A stretch of DNA of 63,992 nt, filler included, from Malassezia furfur (GCA_052055015.1; 23 parts of 23 records of this genome joined end to end with filler, not necessarily neighbours in it), one strand, 5' to 3'; shown: positions 1-12,109, counted from the first letter of the whole stretch. Program-made: numbers and translations. Notes: a model not told the origin generated them from the sequence alone.

Positions 1-89
1 GGAATGACTAAATGGTGCACGGATCGACTCTACAGACGCGGCCCCCCGCGCCGTCTCCCGGCGCGGCCTCCACTTCCCCGCACGCACGC

Positions 90-1751
90 TCACAGCTGGC
101 CGCTCGGCGCGAGCGGCACCTCCATCAAATCCACGCCGCGCATAAGCTCGCTCAGACGCGGCATCTTGCCTGAACGCATCAGCGCAAGCGCCTGAGCCAT
201 GACCGGATCCCGCCGCATCGTTGCAACGGCAATCACCCGGTCGTCCTTAGCATAGTAGGCGACAAACTCTTCCTCGTCCGGCTCGCCGTCCACGTGCACG
301 GCATTAAACCCAGCACCGTGCCCGACGTACCGCATCGTCGTACCAAGACCCGACCAAAACACGGGGATGTGCGTGTAGGTGCGGACGTGGCCGGTCGCGA
401 GAGTGCGGCCAATCTCCCGGCCGTGGTTGCTCGCAACGTTCCAGTGCTCGATGCGCGTCAGCCCATGGCCCGTGGGATAGCTCGCGATGTCTCCACCCGC
501 GTATACATTGTTTACTCCAACCACACGCAGTGCCGAGTCCACTTCCACGGAGCCATCCGGGCGCAGCGTCGGGAACGTCGGCGAGTTGCGCAAAAACTGC
601 GTCGCTGGCATTGCACCCGTCGACATGAGCACGATGTCTGCGGGCAGGTATACCTCTGCAGAACCTTTCGCGCGTGGTTGCACCACCACGCCAGCCACAT
701 GCCCGTTTGCTCCCGACTCGATCCGCACGACGTCCACCGCATTGAGAAAGCGCAGAGGGCGCTCGTTGACGATGGCCGTCTGCAGGCCATAGCCAACTTG
801 CCGTCCCAGTGGCCCTTCGAGAGGAACATGCGTCTGCCCGATCAGTGTCACTTTGGCACGCCGCGCAAAAGCGATGCCCATTTCCAGTCCAATAAAGCCC
901 GTGCCGATGATCACCAGATCCTGCTGGCTGCGCCGCTCTAGTGCATCGCTGATCTTTTGGGCATCACTGAGGGAGCGTAGCGTGTATACGCCATCCAACT
1001 TCGCACCCTCAATGGGCAAACGTCGCGAAAGGGACCCAGTTGCCAGCACAAGGTTGTCGTATGGCACAATGTCGTCGCCGCGCACCAACACGCGCTGCGT
1101 GCTAACATCCACGGCGTAAGCATAGCACGACGTGCGCAGATCGACGTCCAAGCGCTCCCGCCAGTACTTTTCGTCGCGAAGCAACAGCTGCTCGAGTTTG
1201 GGAGCCTGGCCCTTGCTGAGCTTGGGCCGGTCGATCGTGGGGTGCGGCTCAGCCGTCAATACGGTAATGGCGCCTTTGTAGCCGCGCCTCCGCATTTCTT
1301 GCACCGCATTCAGGGCCACGGGACCGCCGCCCACAAAGACCGTATGAGGCTTTCCTTTGGCCTGTTCTTTACGCACAGGGTCGGTCGGCTTCTTCAGTGC
1401 ATCGATGTCCACATTCAGGTAGACTTCGTCGCCATCAATTTCCACAGGAATCTTTTTCAGCGGATCGAGGCCTGGTGCATCTTCAATATCACCGGTCGCC
1501 ATACGGAAGCATGCACCATGGAAGGGGCAGTAAACCCGCCCGTCGGAGGTCAGAACGCCCTTGGCGAGCGGCATGCCGTAGTGCGTACACCGCGACGTTG
1601 TCGCGACAATAGTTCCGCGCACATTGGCCACCAGGGCATTCACGGCAAGGTCGCCGGTGTCCAGCGGCACTTCTTGCATCTCGCCCTCGGGAATCGACCC
1701 GACTGGGCCGACATACACGCGCTCCGTCTTCGCCGAACCCGACGCGCTCAT
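90..1751 (-). CDS. AIF-like flavoprotein: Rieske [2Fe-2S] domain plus pyridine nucleotide-disulfide oxidoreductase (AIFM3/Aif1-like)
   Basis: 553-aa ORF with Rieske motifs CTHYG...CPFHG, dinucleotide-binding VGGGPVA and IGTGFIGLE, LVLATG, VYAGGD, RIEHWNVA, PVFWS. Confidence 0.9.
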   Translation of the reverse strand: MSASGSAKTERVYVGPVGSIPEGEMQEVPLDTGDLAVNALVANVRGTIVATTSRCTHYGMPLAKGVLTSDGRVYCPFHGACFRMATGDIEDAPGLDPLKKIPVEIDGDEVYLNVDIDALKKPTDPVRKEQAKGKPHTVFVGGGPVALNAVQEMRRRGYKGAITVLTAEPHPTIDRPKLSKGQAPKLEQLLLRDEKYWRERLDVDLRTSCYAYAVDVSTQRVLVRGDDIVPYDNLVLATGSLSRRLPIEGAKLDGVYTLRSLSDAQKISDALERRSQQDLVIIGTGFIGLEMGIAFARRAKVTLIGQTHVPLEGPLGRQVGYGLQTAIVNERPLRFLNAVDVVRIESGANGHVAGVVVQPRAKGSAEVYLPADIVLMSTGAMPATQFLRNSPTFPTLRPDGSVEVDSALRVVGVNNVYAGGDIASYPTGHGLTRIEHWNVASNHGREIGRTLATGHVRTYTHIPVFWSGLGTTMRYVGHGAGFNAVHVDGEPDEEEFVAYYAKDDRVIAVATMRRDPVMAQALALMRSGKMPRLSELMRGVDLMEVPLAPSGQL

Positions 1752-1906
1752 CGTGTTGCTACCGAGGCGCTACCCCACCTCGCCGGCTCACCGGCCAATG
1801 TGCGCGGCCGCATTTGTGTTGCTGAGTCAGCGGCCACCGCGACCGCTGGTGGCCTTGGCGCGGGCGTTCCAGGCACAGGAGAATCAGGACGAGTCTATGT
1901 CTTTTC

Positions 1907-2799
1907 CTAGGCATCCATCTCCATCCCCTCGGGCCGCTGTACGGTGTCAAGGTCGATCACGTCTGAGGTCAGTTGGTAGAAACGTACTCTCCTGGACAAT
2001 CATGTCGTAAATCTGCTCCTTCGTCCACGCCGTGGTCCCCCGCGGGAACTTGTAGTCCTTCTCTTTGTGCACACGCTCGTTTGGCTTGCGGTAGTTTCGC
2101 AGCATCTGCGTCGTCTTTTCGCGGATCACACACACGTCCACGTTCGAGCCCGAGCCCAAGTCATTGAAGATACCTGACTCAATCGCATCCACGACTAGCT
2201 CAATGGCATCGGTTTCCTGCATGGTGAGTCATTACACATACCTCCATGTTGGGACGCCAGCGGCTCTCGAACACAGACATGGCCGCAAGCGAACCAGAGC
2301 CCATCGTGACGTAGGGCAGCTTGTCCGTCGAGCCGTGCGGGGCAATCGTGAAGAGCTGCGGCCCGGTCGTGTCGTAGCCACCCAGGACCAGCGCGGCACC
2401 AATGTGGCCCTGGTACTGGAACAGCCGCTGTTTCAGCAGCGTCATCGCTGTCACCACACGTGCGCGCTTGCGGGTGTTGAGTTCGTGGAGCTGGATGTTG
2501 CTCGAAATCAGGTTCGTGACGAATTCTGTGTCCGCCGCAGTACCTGCACCACAGCAGCGGATATGGTCCGAGATATAGTGGATCTTCTCACAGTTCTTGT
2601 CAGCCACAATGGGGCCTTCAGTCGCGCGAGTGTCCGCGCCGAGCACTACACCATCTTTGTAGATCAGGCCGACGATCGTCGTACCCGTGCTGGTTGCGCG
2701 TGGCACTACATGCCCCTTGGCTGCAAGTGCCGCATTGCGCGTATGATTCGAGAAATCGAAGCCGCTCTTGCGCTGCTCCTCGAGCTGCACACTGGCCAT
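1907..2799 (-). CDS. PUP1: 20S proteasome subunit beta-2
   Basis: Propeptide then [35 protein letters not shown]. Two 25-nt GT-AG introns (2217-2241, 1963-1987) restore the frame to ...[19 protein letters not shown]. Confidence 0.95.
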
Positions 2800-2813
2800 G
2801 TCGTCGATCGGAG

Positions 2814-2913
2814 NNNNNNNNNNNNNNNNNNNNNNNNNNNNNNNNNNNNNNNNNNNNTTAATTAATTAANNNNNNNNNNNNNNNNNNNNNNNNNNNNNNN
2901 NNNNNNNNNNNNN
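2814..2913. other. Artificial contig linker (Ns + TTAATTAATTAA six-frame stop + Ns); 22 copies in the window
   Basis: Same 100-nt spacer starts at 2814, 5717, 8590, 11456, 14316, 17173, 20028, 22875, 25704, 28533, 31361, 34183, 37004, 39821, 42629, 45429, 48224, 51019, 53789, 56553, 59317 and 62068; contig lengths decrease along the window. Confidence 0.99.
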
Positions 2914-3569
2914 TCATCGCGGCCTTGGCGCCGACCGAGTGCGTCTGCGTGGTGCCGTACATGACGAGCTTGGGCAGCATCGCCGCACGCCACCCGACCG
3001 GGTCCGCACCGCTCTCGCCGTGCTGATCAGCGAGCGCACGCAAGGCGCGTTCGCGCGCGCTGATCGCGATCGTGAGCGTTGCCTCGCTCGCGCCGCCGAG
3101 GATCACGCCGCCGCCGCCGTGGCTAAGGTCGTTCGAGTAGAATGCGCTGCTCAGCCCCATCATCTTGGCGAGCCAGTCGAGCACGATGAACTCAAGCTCG
3201 GTGACGGCGGGCGAGGCGTTCCAGTTGAAGCCTGGATTGGTGAGCGCGGAAGTGTACATGTCCGCAATGATCCCCTCGTACGTCGCGTTCGACGGGAAGA
3301 AGCCAAAGAACATGGGATGCTGCCAGTGCGTCATGCCTGGGAGGATGTGCTGTTCGAAATCGCGCTCGATCTGCTCCCACGCCTCGCCGTCGGCGGGCGC
3401 AGCGTCGGGCAGCGCGCGCGCGAGGTAGCCGCGCTCGACCTGCGCAGCAACGGGAAGCTGCTCGATCGTCGCATAGTAGTCACAAATTCGGTCGACGGCG
3501 GCGTGCGCCGCGCGCCGGAAGCTGCGGGTGAGCAGGCGCGCGGCCGCGCACGTACGTGGAGAGGTCCAT
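2914..3569 (-). CDS. Aromatic-L-amino-acid decarboxylase (group II PLP-dependent), 3'-partial
   Basis: MDLST|FRRAAHAAVDRICDYY after a 34-nt intron (3522-3555); PGMTHWQHPMFFGFFP, GFNWNASPAVTELE, GGGGVI, QTHS. Confidence 0.9.
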
Positions 3570-3633
3570 GGTGGGCGAACACTCGGCCGAGTCACGTGGT
3601 GTTGCCCGCGCGCCGACGCTCACGCACGTCTCC

Positions 3634-5716
3634 ATGGCGGCCGGCGCAAAGGAGCTTGCCGTGTTCGAGCCGGGGCGCTTCGAGGCGCTCTATGCCGTCC
3701 TACAGGCGGTCGCCGAGGCCGCGCCGCATGGCGGCACCGGCGCGAGCGACTGGTACATCCAGCTCGAGCGCAGCCGCGCCGTCCTGGCCAACCTCGGCCA
3801 GGTGTGTGGAAAACGCGACACGGAGCGTCGCGAAATGTCCCAGGGCAAGATTGTGCTCGAGGGGCACACGCAGACACTGAACGCCGACTTTGTCGCGCAG
3901 TCGCTCTTGCTGTCGGACGCGCTGAACGTGTCCGAGGTGTATGCCGCATCGCTTCTCCAAGAAGGCATCCACGCCAGTGCGCGCTGGGCGCGGCCGCCGA
4001 CCGACGTCGCGGTGCTGCTGCACTACCGCGAGAAGCTCGCGCTGCTCGCGTGTCTCAAGGAGCTCACGGGGTATGCCTACACGCTGTGCCTCAGCGACGA
4101 CGCCGACACGCTGCGCACCGGCGTGCGCATCGGCCGCTTTGTTGATGCGCTGGCGCCGGATGCCGAGCTGGTGCACCGCATCGTGCGCGAGTGGGACGCG
4201 CTGCATGACGAGCGCGCGGGTGTGCAGCGTGCGCTGCAGAGTGCGCCCGCGGGCCCTGCGCGCCTCAGCGACGAGATCCAGCTCGAGCGCCTCGCGTGGA
4301 TTGCGCAGGCCGAGCAGGAGCTGGGGCACGTTGTGTACATGCTTGCGCTGTCGCGGCGCCTCGCACCCGCTGCGATCGAGGCGCTGCTGGCGTATGCGGC
4401 GCGTCTGGACGTCGGCAAGGCGACGAGCGCCGTGCCGGTGTACGTCCTGACGGCGCTCCTCGCCGCGCTGGATACGACGCCCGACGCCGCCGCCGAATGG
4501 CTTGCGCGGCACGCGGCCGGTACGCTGTACCCCGTCGAGGCGCTGTGCGAGGACGCCGCGTTCCTCAGCGGTGTGCACAAGCGCGTTACCGGGTCGTGGG
4601 CGTCGCAGGGGATGCGCCACGTCGTGCTGCTGAGTTATGCCCTCCTTTTGCTGCACGCGATCCAGCGGTCGCCGAGCATCGCGACGCAGGTGCACGTGTC
4701 CGCGGATGCGGCGCACGCGCTCGTGGCCGAGGCGATTGCGCCCGAGGCCGAGGCGTCCGAGAGCGCGCTGCTGTTCCTTCTGCTGCGTGCGCTACTCTTT
4801 CAGCACCGCGCGGGCGATGCGCTGGACGAGGAGGCGGCGTCTGCACGTGCGCTGCGCGACGTCGATGTGGCGTTCCAGGAGCACACGCTGCAGCAGGTCG
4901 AGCACCTCGTGCTGCAGCTCACGGCGACGCAGCTGCCGCTCCTGCGCAAGCTGCAGCGTGCCGAGGAGGATGCGGGATTTGCGGCGCTGCGCGGCGCGCG
5001 CCCCGGTGCGCCGCCGCCCACGCGGCGGTACGACATCGAGGCGCTGCTGGATTTGATTGCGCTGCTGTGCAAGGACCGCCCCGACGCCGGTGTGCCGTTC
5101 TGGCTCGGCACCGATCGGCGCATGTCGCGCTTCCTGCACTGGGCGCTCGACATGCGCGAGCCGGGACAGCAGCGCGCGCTGCTCGACATGCTCGCGGCGC
5201 TCGCGACGGGCGAGCAGTGTGCGGGCCATGCGCATGCGATGCTCGAGGCCGACGCGGCGACGCATGGCGGCGAGCGGCGCTTGGCGACGTGGGCGCGCCT
5301 GTTTGACTGGATTGCCCACTACGTCGAGCTCTTCCGCACGCGCGGCGGTTCGATGCCGCCCGAAGAGATGGTGCTGCTGCGCGCCTTTCTGCAGCTGCTC
5401 GCGACCGTGGTGCAGTGGAGCGCCGCGGCGCGCGACTCGCTCTATCTGAACAGCGCATACATGCCGCTCGCGCGGCTCTTCGCGCTCTACGCGTGCCCCG
5501 TGCCGGTGGACCTCAAGGCCGCACTGCTGCACGCACTCGGCGCATTTGCGGCGCCGGTCGCGCACGTCGGCACCTCGCCGCGCATCCTTGCCGAGCTGTG
5601 GGACCGGCTGCAGCAGAGCGGTGTGCTACAGCGCCCCAAGACGGGCGGCGCGGCCCCCGCGGTGCTCGAGCTGGAGCACACCGAGGCGACGCACTTCCGG
5701 TACCCCGGGAGCACGG
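3634..5716 (+). CDS. NUP192: Nucleoporin Nup192/Nup205, N-terminal part (3'-partial)
   Basis: Long helical ORF; LNADFVAQSLLLSDALNVSE and PVPVDLKAALLHAL resemble the Nup192/Nup205 N-terminus. Confidence 0.75.
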
Positions 5717-5816
5717 NNNNNNNNNNNNNNNNNNNNNNNNNNNNNNNNNNNNNNNNNNNNTTAATTAATTAANNNNNNNNNNNNNNNNNNNNNNNNNNNN
5801 NNNNNNNNNNNNNNNN

Positions 5817-7023
5817 TCACGTGCGGCGAGGCGGAGGTACGGCGCGTCGGACGCCGCCGCCACGTCGCACACGACGCCATCGGGCAGCGGCACACGCCCC
5901 GCCTCGAGCGGCGCACGCACCTCGTTGGCGGCGACGCGCGATGCCTGCGCGGCACACGCCCGAGCTTCCTCCTGCGTACACCCGAGGTACGCCGCGACGG
6001 CCTCGAGCGGCACGCACGCGTACACCCGCGCGAGCGCCTCGAGCCAGCGCTGCGGCTGCTGTGCGACGCACCGCTCCACGAGGCCCAGGTTGGCGTCTGC
6101 GATGAACTGGTCGCGGTGCGCGGCGACGAGCGTGCGCACCTGCTCGGCCTCTGCCCGACGGCCGTAGCTGCGTGCGAGCGCGAGGTATGGCTGTGCTTGC
6201 CGCACATATTGGGGCCGCAGCGACGCACCGAGGCCACGGAGGAGGGCATCGGCGTCCACCGCATCGGGGCGCAGCAGCCGCACGAGGATCAGCTTGCGGA
6301 ACGCGTCGAGCTGGATATGGCTGAGGGCCTCGGTCGGGAGTGCCAAGCACTGCGTCAGTCGTGCACGTACCATGTCCCACGCCTCGATCGCCGCCGCGAG
6401 GTCATCGCGCCGCGCATGCACGAGACCCGCATAGTACAGAAATGCCAGCACGGCGACGTACGGTAGCCCGGTGAGGTCGCGCGCGCCCCAGTCCGTGCGC
6501 GCGACCAGGGCTGCTGCTTCGTCCCAGAGGCCGCTGACGAGGTATTGCTGGGTAAGAGCAGTAGCGTACGTAGAGAAGGGCCGTATGGGCGCCCGACATG
6601 CCCGGGGTCGCCTGCGCGGCATGCTCGAGGAAGGGCGTGGCATAGGTGGCCTGCGTGAGCGGCCGACGTACCGACACGAGGCGGCCCTTGTCGCTCAGTG
6701 CCTCGGCCCAGGCGTGGAGTGGCGCGTGTGGGAACGCCTGTGTGATGACGGCGTTGCCCGTCTCGAGGGAGAGCACCTCGTCGGTGGTGCGCGCGGCACG
6801 TAGCTCCGCGGCGCTGCGTGAGTAGGGCCACGTACAGGCACAGCAGCTTCGCGAGCGGTGCCTCGACGCGCGTCCAGGGCGGAGCGGCGCGGTCGCCGAG
6901 GAACACGTCGTCCGGCACGTTTTGCGTCCAGAACGGCGCAAGGAGCTCGGCGGCGCGCGCCGGCTCGCGCGCGGCCAGCGCCGCGGCGTCGAGCAGCTGG
7001 GCCGTCGAGCACGCGGGGGTCAT
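5817..7023 (-). CDS. CSN3: COP9 signalosome subunit 3 (PCI domain), 3'-partial
   Basis: FLYYAGL...CLALPTEALSHIQLDAFRKLILVRLL and DANLGLV motifs; four predicted introns of 22/21/22/21 nt (6814-6835, 6651-6671, 6548-6569, 6350-6370). Confidence 0.8.
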
Positions 7024-7048
7024 GGTGCTGAGTCAGCCGCGGCGGACC

Positions 7049-8589
7049 ATGAAGGTCCGGGGTCGCGACGCGCCGCGGCGCACGCTGCTCGAGTGCATGC
7101 CGCGGCACACGGTGTTTGCGATGCTCGCGCACCTCTCGATGCCGGACGTGCTGAGTCTGCTGTGTGCGGACCGGCGGCTGCGCCCGTTTGTGAACGCAGC
7201 GCACTTTGCGCCCTGGCGCAAGCGCTGGCACAAGTGGGCGCACGCCGAGGCCGCGTACGAGCGTGGCGTGCGTACGGGGGACGAGGTGCCGGGCGCCGAG
7301 GCCGCGCTGGTCCAGCATTATACTGAGGCGCTCGCGGCGCTGCACTTTGCGCGCCCGCCGCTGCAGCTGCACGAGCTGCTGCCCTGTGCGGCGCGGCAGA
7401 CGATCGTCGACGCGGGCGCCGCGCAGGGCTTCCTGGGCGCGCTGCTCCTCGGCCGCACCGATGCGAGCGACGCGTTTGCGCGCTTCGACGCGCCCAGCGC
7501 CGTCGAGCTGCTGTGCTACGCGCGCGTCTTTTTTGCGGTGCTGCGCGTGTCGCGGCACTTTGCGAGCGGCGCCGCGCAGCGGCCCTACCACCAGACGGTG
7601 CACGCGCTCGACGCTGCGTGCGCCGCGGCGCTCGACGCGTTCTTTGCGCCGCGCCGCGCCCCGATACCCCCCGGCGCACTCACCGAGGAGCAGGCGCAGC
7701 TCGTGGCGCACCCGCTGCAGCGCGACGACCTCGTGTGTGTGCAGGCCTATGCCGGCGTACGTCCTCCCCTCGCTGACGCAGACCGGCAAAACGCGGTGCC
7801 TGCTCGCGTTTGCGCAGCGGCGGCCGACCTCACGCTTCCTGTACATCACCTTTAACGCGGCCACGGCGCGCTCGGCACGCGCGCAGTTCCCGGCGAACGT
7901 CGAGTGCCGCACGATGCATGCCGTGGCGCTGCGTCAGGTCCAGCTGCCTGAGGGCCAGGCGCTCGGCACGCTGCGTCCGCGCGACGTGGTGCACCTGCTT
8001 CGCGGCCAACTGCCCGAGGGCCGCCGCCTCCGTGAGGACGCGCGGCCGGACAAGCTGGCACCGACGTCCGTCGCGACCTATGTGCTACGTACGCTCGATC
8101 GCTTCCTGCAGTCTGCCGACACGCACCTGCGCGCCGAGAAGCATGTGCCACGGCAGCTGCAGCAGTACACCGACCTGCGGCCCAGCGACGTCGCGGCGTG
8201 TGCCGCCGCGCTGTGGGACATGATCTGTGCCGGCCGCACGCCGCGCGGCGCGCCGGTCGCCTGCCCCCACGACGCGTACGTCAAGCTGCTGCAGCTGCAC
8301 GGCACGGGCCACGCGTTCGCCGAGTACGCCGCGCTGCTCCTCGACGAGGCGCAGGATTTGTCGGCGTGCCAGACGGCGATTCTGCTGCGCGCGCGCGGCG
8401 CGTGCGCCATTGTGGTCGTGGGCGACGTGCACCAAAAAATCTACGGCTTCCGTGGGGGCAGTGCGGCGGCCTTCCATCCGCGCGTGTATCCGCCGAGCGC
8501 GCACTACCAGCTCACACAGAGCTTCCGCTTCGGGCCGCAGGTCGCGAGCGTCGCGACGGCGATCCTCGACATCAAGACGCCGCCGCCGT
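7049..8589 (+). CDS. FBH1: F-box DNA helicase 1-like (UvrD/SF1 helicase with N-terminal F-box), 3'-partial
   Basis: F-box-like LLECMPRHTVFAMLAHLSMPDVLSL; Q motif LTEEQ; Walker A AYAG|TGKT split by a 25-nt intron (7757-7781); LLDEAQD, VGDVHQKIYGFRG, LTQSFRFG. Confidence 0.85.
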
Positions 8590-8689
8590 NNNNNNNNNNN
8601 NNNNNNNNNNNNNNNNNNNNNNNNNNNNNNNNNTTAATTAATTAANNNNNNNNNNNNNNNNNNNNNNNNNNNNNNNNNNNNNNNNNNNN

Positions 8690-10117
8690 CGGCGCCGCGC
8701 CGAGCTCGTCGACCAGCACACGCAGGCGGTCGTCGCGCGCGGGCGCAAGCGTGTCGAGGTGCTTGACGAGGAGCGCATGCATGCCGTACAGCTCGCTGAG
8801 CGCGATGTGGATCGCGGGCGGCTTGCGCGACAGCGCCACGTACTGGTCGAGGTCGAGCGTGTCGTAAAAGTCGCCGACGTTGCACAGGTCGCGCAGAAAG
8901 GCGCGCGCTTGCGCGCGGTGCGTGTCCAGGAACGCACGGAACGGCGCAAGCGCCGGCTCCTTGTGCGCCGCCGGCTCGTTCACGAGGCTCTGCAACGCCT
9001 TGGCGAGCAGCGTCAGCGCGCGCCGTACATGCCCCGTCGGCGCCTGCTCCGCGAGGCGGCACGTGTGCGGCGCAACGATCGCCGGGTTCACAAAGCGCAA
9101 ATAGAACACGGTGCCGAGCAGTGGGCACGCCTCGGCGTCGCTGCACGCAGGGTCGCGCCGGCGGAGCGCCGCGCGCACCTGCTTGGCGATCCACCGCATC
9201 CCGTAGGGGACGTGCGCCAGCGACGCGACCAGACTCGCCTGCACGTCGCCCGCCAAGCGGCACAGCGCCGCGCCGCGCGCACGCACCACCGCCTGCACGG
9301 CGGGCAGCGCAGCGACCGCGTCGGGCGGCACATCGGACGGCGCGCGCCCCTCGGCTACCAACTCGTCGTACACACGGTGCGCGTCTGTCTCCCAGCAGCG
9401 CTCCGGCGCCGCGTACAGCGCCTGGATGTGCGGGCGCAGGACGTGTGCAAGGTAGGTCTGGGCGGGTGAGCGCCGCACATAGGTGGTGAGCATGCGCGAC
9501 GCCGGCGAATTGGCGCGCAGCAGCGCAGCCGCATCGGGCTCCTGGTCGAGGTGCGTCGAGAGCACAAGCTGCATCAGCACGGCGCGGCACACGTACCTGG
9601 AACACGGCGAGGAGCAGGTGCTCCTCGCGCGCCTCGTACTGCCGCCCCAACAGCGTGAACATGACCGTCTGGAGCAGCAGGTCGCGCTCGGCGTCGTCGA
9701 GCGCCGTGCTGCGGCACAGGCTCGCGACGTACGGCGGCTCGCTCTGCAGCAGAAAGAACAGGTGCGAGTAGGTGCGCATGCGCCGGTCGTGCGGCGCATG
9801 CCGGTGCGGCACGTCGACGGTCCATGCAGCCGCATCGGCGGCGCACGGCGCGTCGAGCGCCTTGCGGTTGGCGATGAGCAGGCCGATGCGCGTGTCGAGG
9901 TAGCGCACGTCGCGCTCCAGCATAAAGTTGCGCTTCGACTGCTCCGAGATGCGTGCCTTGGTATCGTACAGCGCGGCATGCACTGCGTTAGGGGAGCTGG
10001 TGGGGACGTACGCTGTGCGAGGCGGTCGCCGACCTCAGTATCATCTTGCATGGTGCGCAGGTACAGCTGCTGCTGCGACGCACGGCGCGACGCTGGCGCC
10101 TGCTCCTCCGTCTCCAT
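8690..10117 (-). CDS. Ras GTPase-activating protein (S. pombe Gap1/Sar1-like), 3'-partial
   Basis: RNFMLERDVRYLDTRIGLLI, LLRANSPASRM, PYGMRWIAK, FYLRFVNPAIVAP; introns 9983-10011 and 9569-9596. Confidence 0.88.
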
Positions 10118-10271
10118 ACCGGCGCGCGCGAGCACAAAGAAAGGTGCGCCGCCTGCCCCACGCACCGCAACAAAGCACTGCGGCGGCCCTAGCGCGAACA
10201 AATATCACGTGGCTATGTGCTGGGGTGACGCCGTGGGCGCACGGCGCACACGACACCCCCCCCGGCGCGGG

Positions 10272-11455
10272 CTACGACGAGGCGGACGTCGAGTCGGCTG
10301 GCTTGCGCTGCGTCGGCGGGCTCGCGACGCGCTCGGTATGTGCGTCCACGCCGCGGCGCGACTCGCTGCCGAGCCAGCCCGACGCGCCGAGCAGGAAGCG
10401 GTGGCGCAAGAGCTCGGCGGCGGTCGGGCGCTGCTCGGGATCGAGCTGCAGGCACTGCACGATAAGGTCGAGCGCGTGCCGCAGATCCCCCCCGCCGTCG
10501 CTCGCGGCGGCCTCTGCGGGTGGGGATGCGTGCGCGCCGTCGGACGGCGGCGCGGCGTGCTGCTCGAGGCAAAAATGGCGCAGCACCTGCATCGGGCGCG
10601 AATCGGGCGCGAGGCCCTGCACGACCTCTTGCGCGTGCCGGAACGGGCACTCGCCGCACACGAGCACGTAGGCCATCACGCCAAACGCCCACACGTCCTG
10701 CGGCGGGCCCGTGTACTTCTCGCCCTGGATGATCTCGGCAGCCGCATAGTCCATCGTGCCCGAGAACGTGTCAAACGTGCGGTTCGCACGGAGGCGCGCG
10801 GCGCTCCCAAAGTCGATCAGCTGCGTCATCTTGTAGCGGTCCAGGATCACGTTCTCGTCCTTGATGTCGCGGTGCACGATGTTGTTCGCGTGCATGTACG
10901 CAATCACGTCGCACACCTGCCCCAGAAAGTTGCGCATGTCCGCGGGGTCGAGGCCGTACGTCGACGACTCGACGTACTCAAACAGGTCCTGGCCGTCGCC
11001 GAACCGCGGCATGACCAGGTAGTAGTACTCCTCGTCCTCGAAAAAGTCGAGCAGCTTGCAGATCCCGGGGTGGCCCGTGACCTCGCCGCGCTGCTGCGCG
11101 GCCAGCAGCGTCTGGCGCACCTGCATCCAATGCGCCTTGTCCTTGATGTACGCGGGCGGCACCGGCGGCGGGATGTACGGCGTCTGCTGCAGCTGCAGCA
11201 GCACAAAGATCTCCGCGGGGATCGTGCCGTACGCGCGGTGCCGCCGCCACGAGTCCGCCAGGATGCAGCTCTTGACGATGTACTTGATCACCACATCCTC
11301 CGCGCCGGGCGGGTCGCCGAGCAGCCGCGCACGGCGCACAAAGCCGTACGCACCGCTGCCCATGTCCTCGCCAATGTCGTAGTCGTCGATCGTGTGCGTG
11401 CGCGGCAGCGCCTCGGCCTCGGCCCCGAGCGCCACGCCGAGCGCCGGCGCCGCCA
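10272..11455 (-). CDS. Ser/Thr protein kinase, PAS-kinase (PSK/PASK)-like catalytic domain, 5'-partial
   Basis: GSGAYGFV, VVIKYIVKSCILADSW, DLFEYVE, HRDIKDEN, DFGSA, DVWAFG. Confidence 0.9.
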
Positions 11456-11555
11456 NNNNNNNNNNNNNNNNNNNNNNNNNNNNNNNNNNNNNNNNNNNNT
11501 TAATTAATTAANNNNNNNNNNNNNNNNNNNNNNNNNNNNNNNNNNNNNNNNNNNN

Positions 11556-12109
11556 TGCGCATGGCGCGCGCGCCGCACGCGCTCGCGCACGGTTCGGTGC
11601 TTGCGCCGCTCGTGCGCAGCGCCGCACCGATCACGGCGGCCGCCGACAAGTGTGCGCTGCAGTGCGCCGCGGCGCCGCACGACGCGTGGCGCGCGCTGGA
11701 CGTGCCCGTGTCGACGCTGTACGTCGGCAAGCTGCCGTACGCGAGCCGCGCGTTCATGCCGTTCCCGTACGCGTCGCCGGACGACGGCATGCTCGACGTC
11801 ACGCTGCAGAACCAGGCGACGTCGATCCACACGAAGCTCGCGTCGATGCAGGAGAGCGTGCACGGCGACCACATCCACGCGCCGGGCATGCACTACCTCA
11901 AGGCGGAGGCGGTGCGCGTCACGCCGCGGCACACGGCGCCCGGCACGCACTTTGTGAGCGTCGACGGCGAGTCGCTTCCCTACGGACCGCTGCAGATCGA
12001 AGTCGCGCCGCTCGCCGCGCACTTCCTCGCCCTCCGCGACGCACACTGGCAGCCGCCCGCGCTCGCGCGCCCGGCGGTCGCGCGCCACACCGCTAGCCAC
12101 GGTTCATAG
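11556..12109 (+). CDS. Sphingoid long-chain base kinase (LCB4/5-like), C-terminal part
   Basis: YVGKLPY...PFPYASPDDGMLDV...YLKAEAVRVTP...VSVDGESLPY match the DAGK/SphK C-terminal motifs. Confidence 0.8.

Noticed and set aside
1..2813. Lower GC in some contigs (e.g. 1-2813, 28633-30550) as horizontal transfer or contamination
   Set aside because: They encode ordinary fungal genes with the same micro-intron signature. A mixed or hybrid assembly cannot be excluded, but nothing here supports it.
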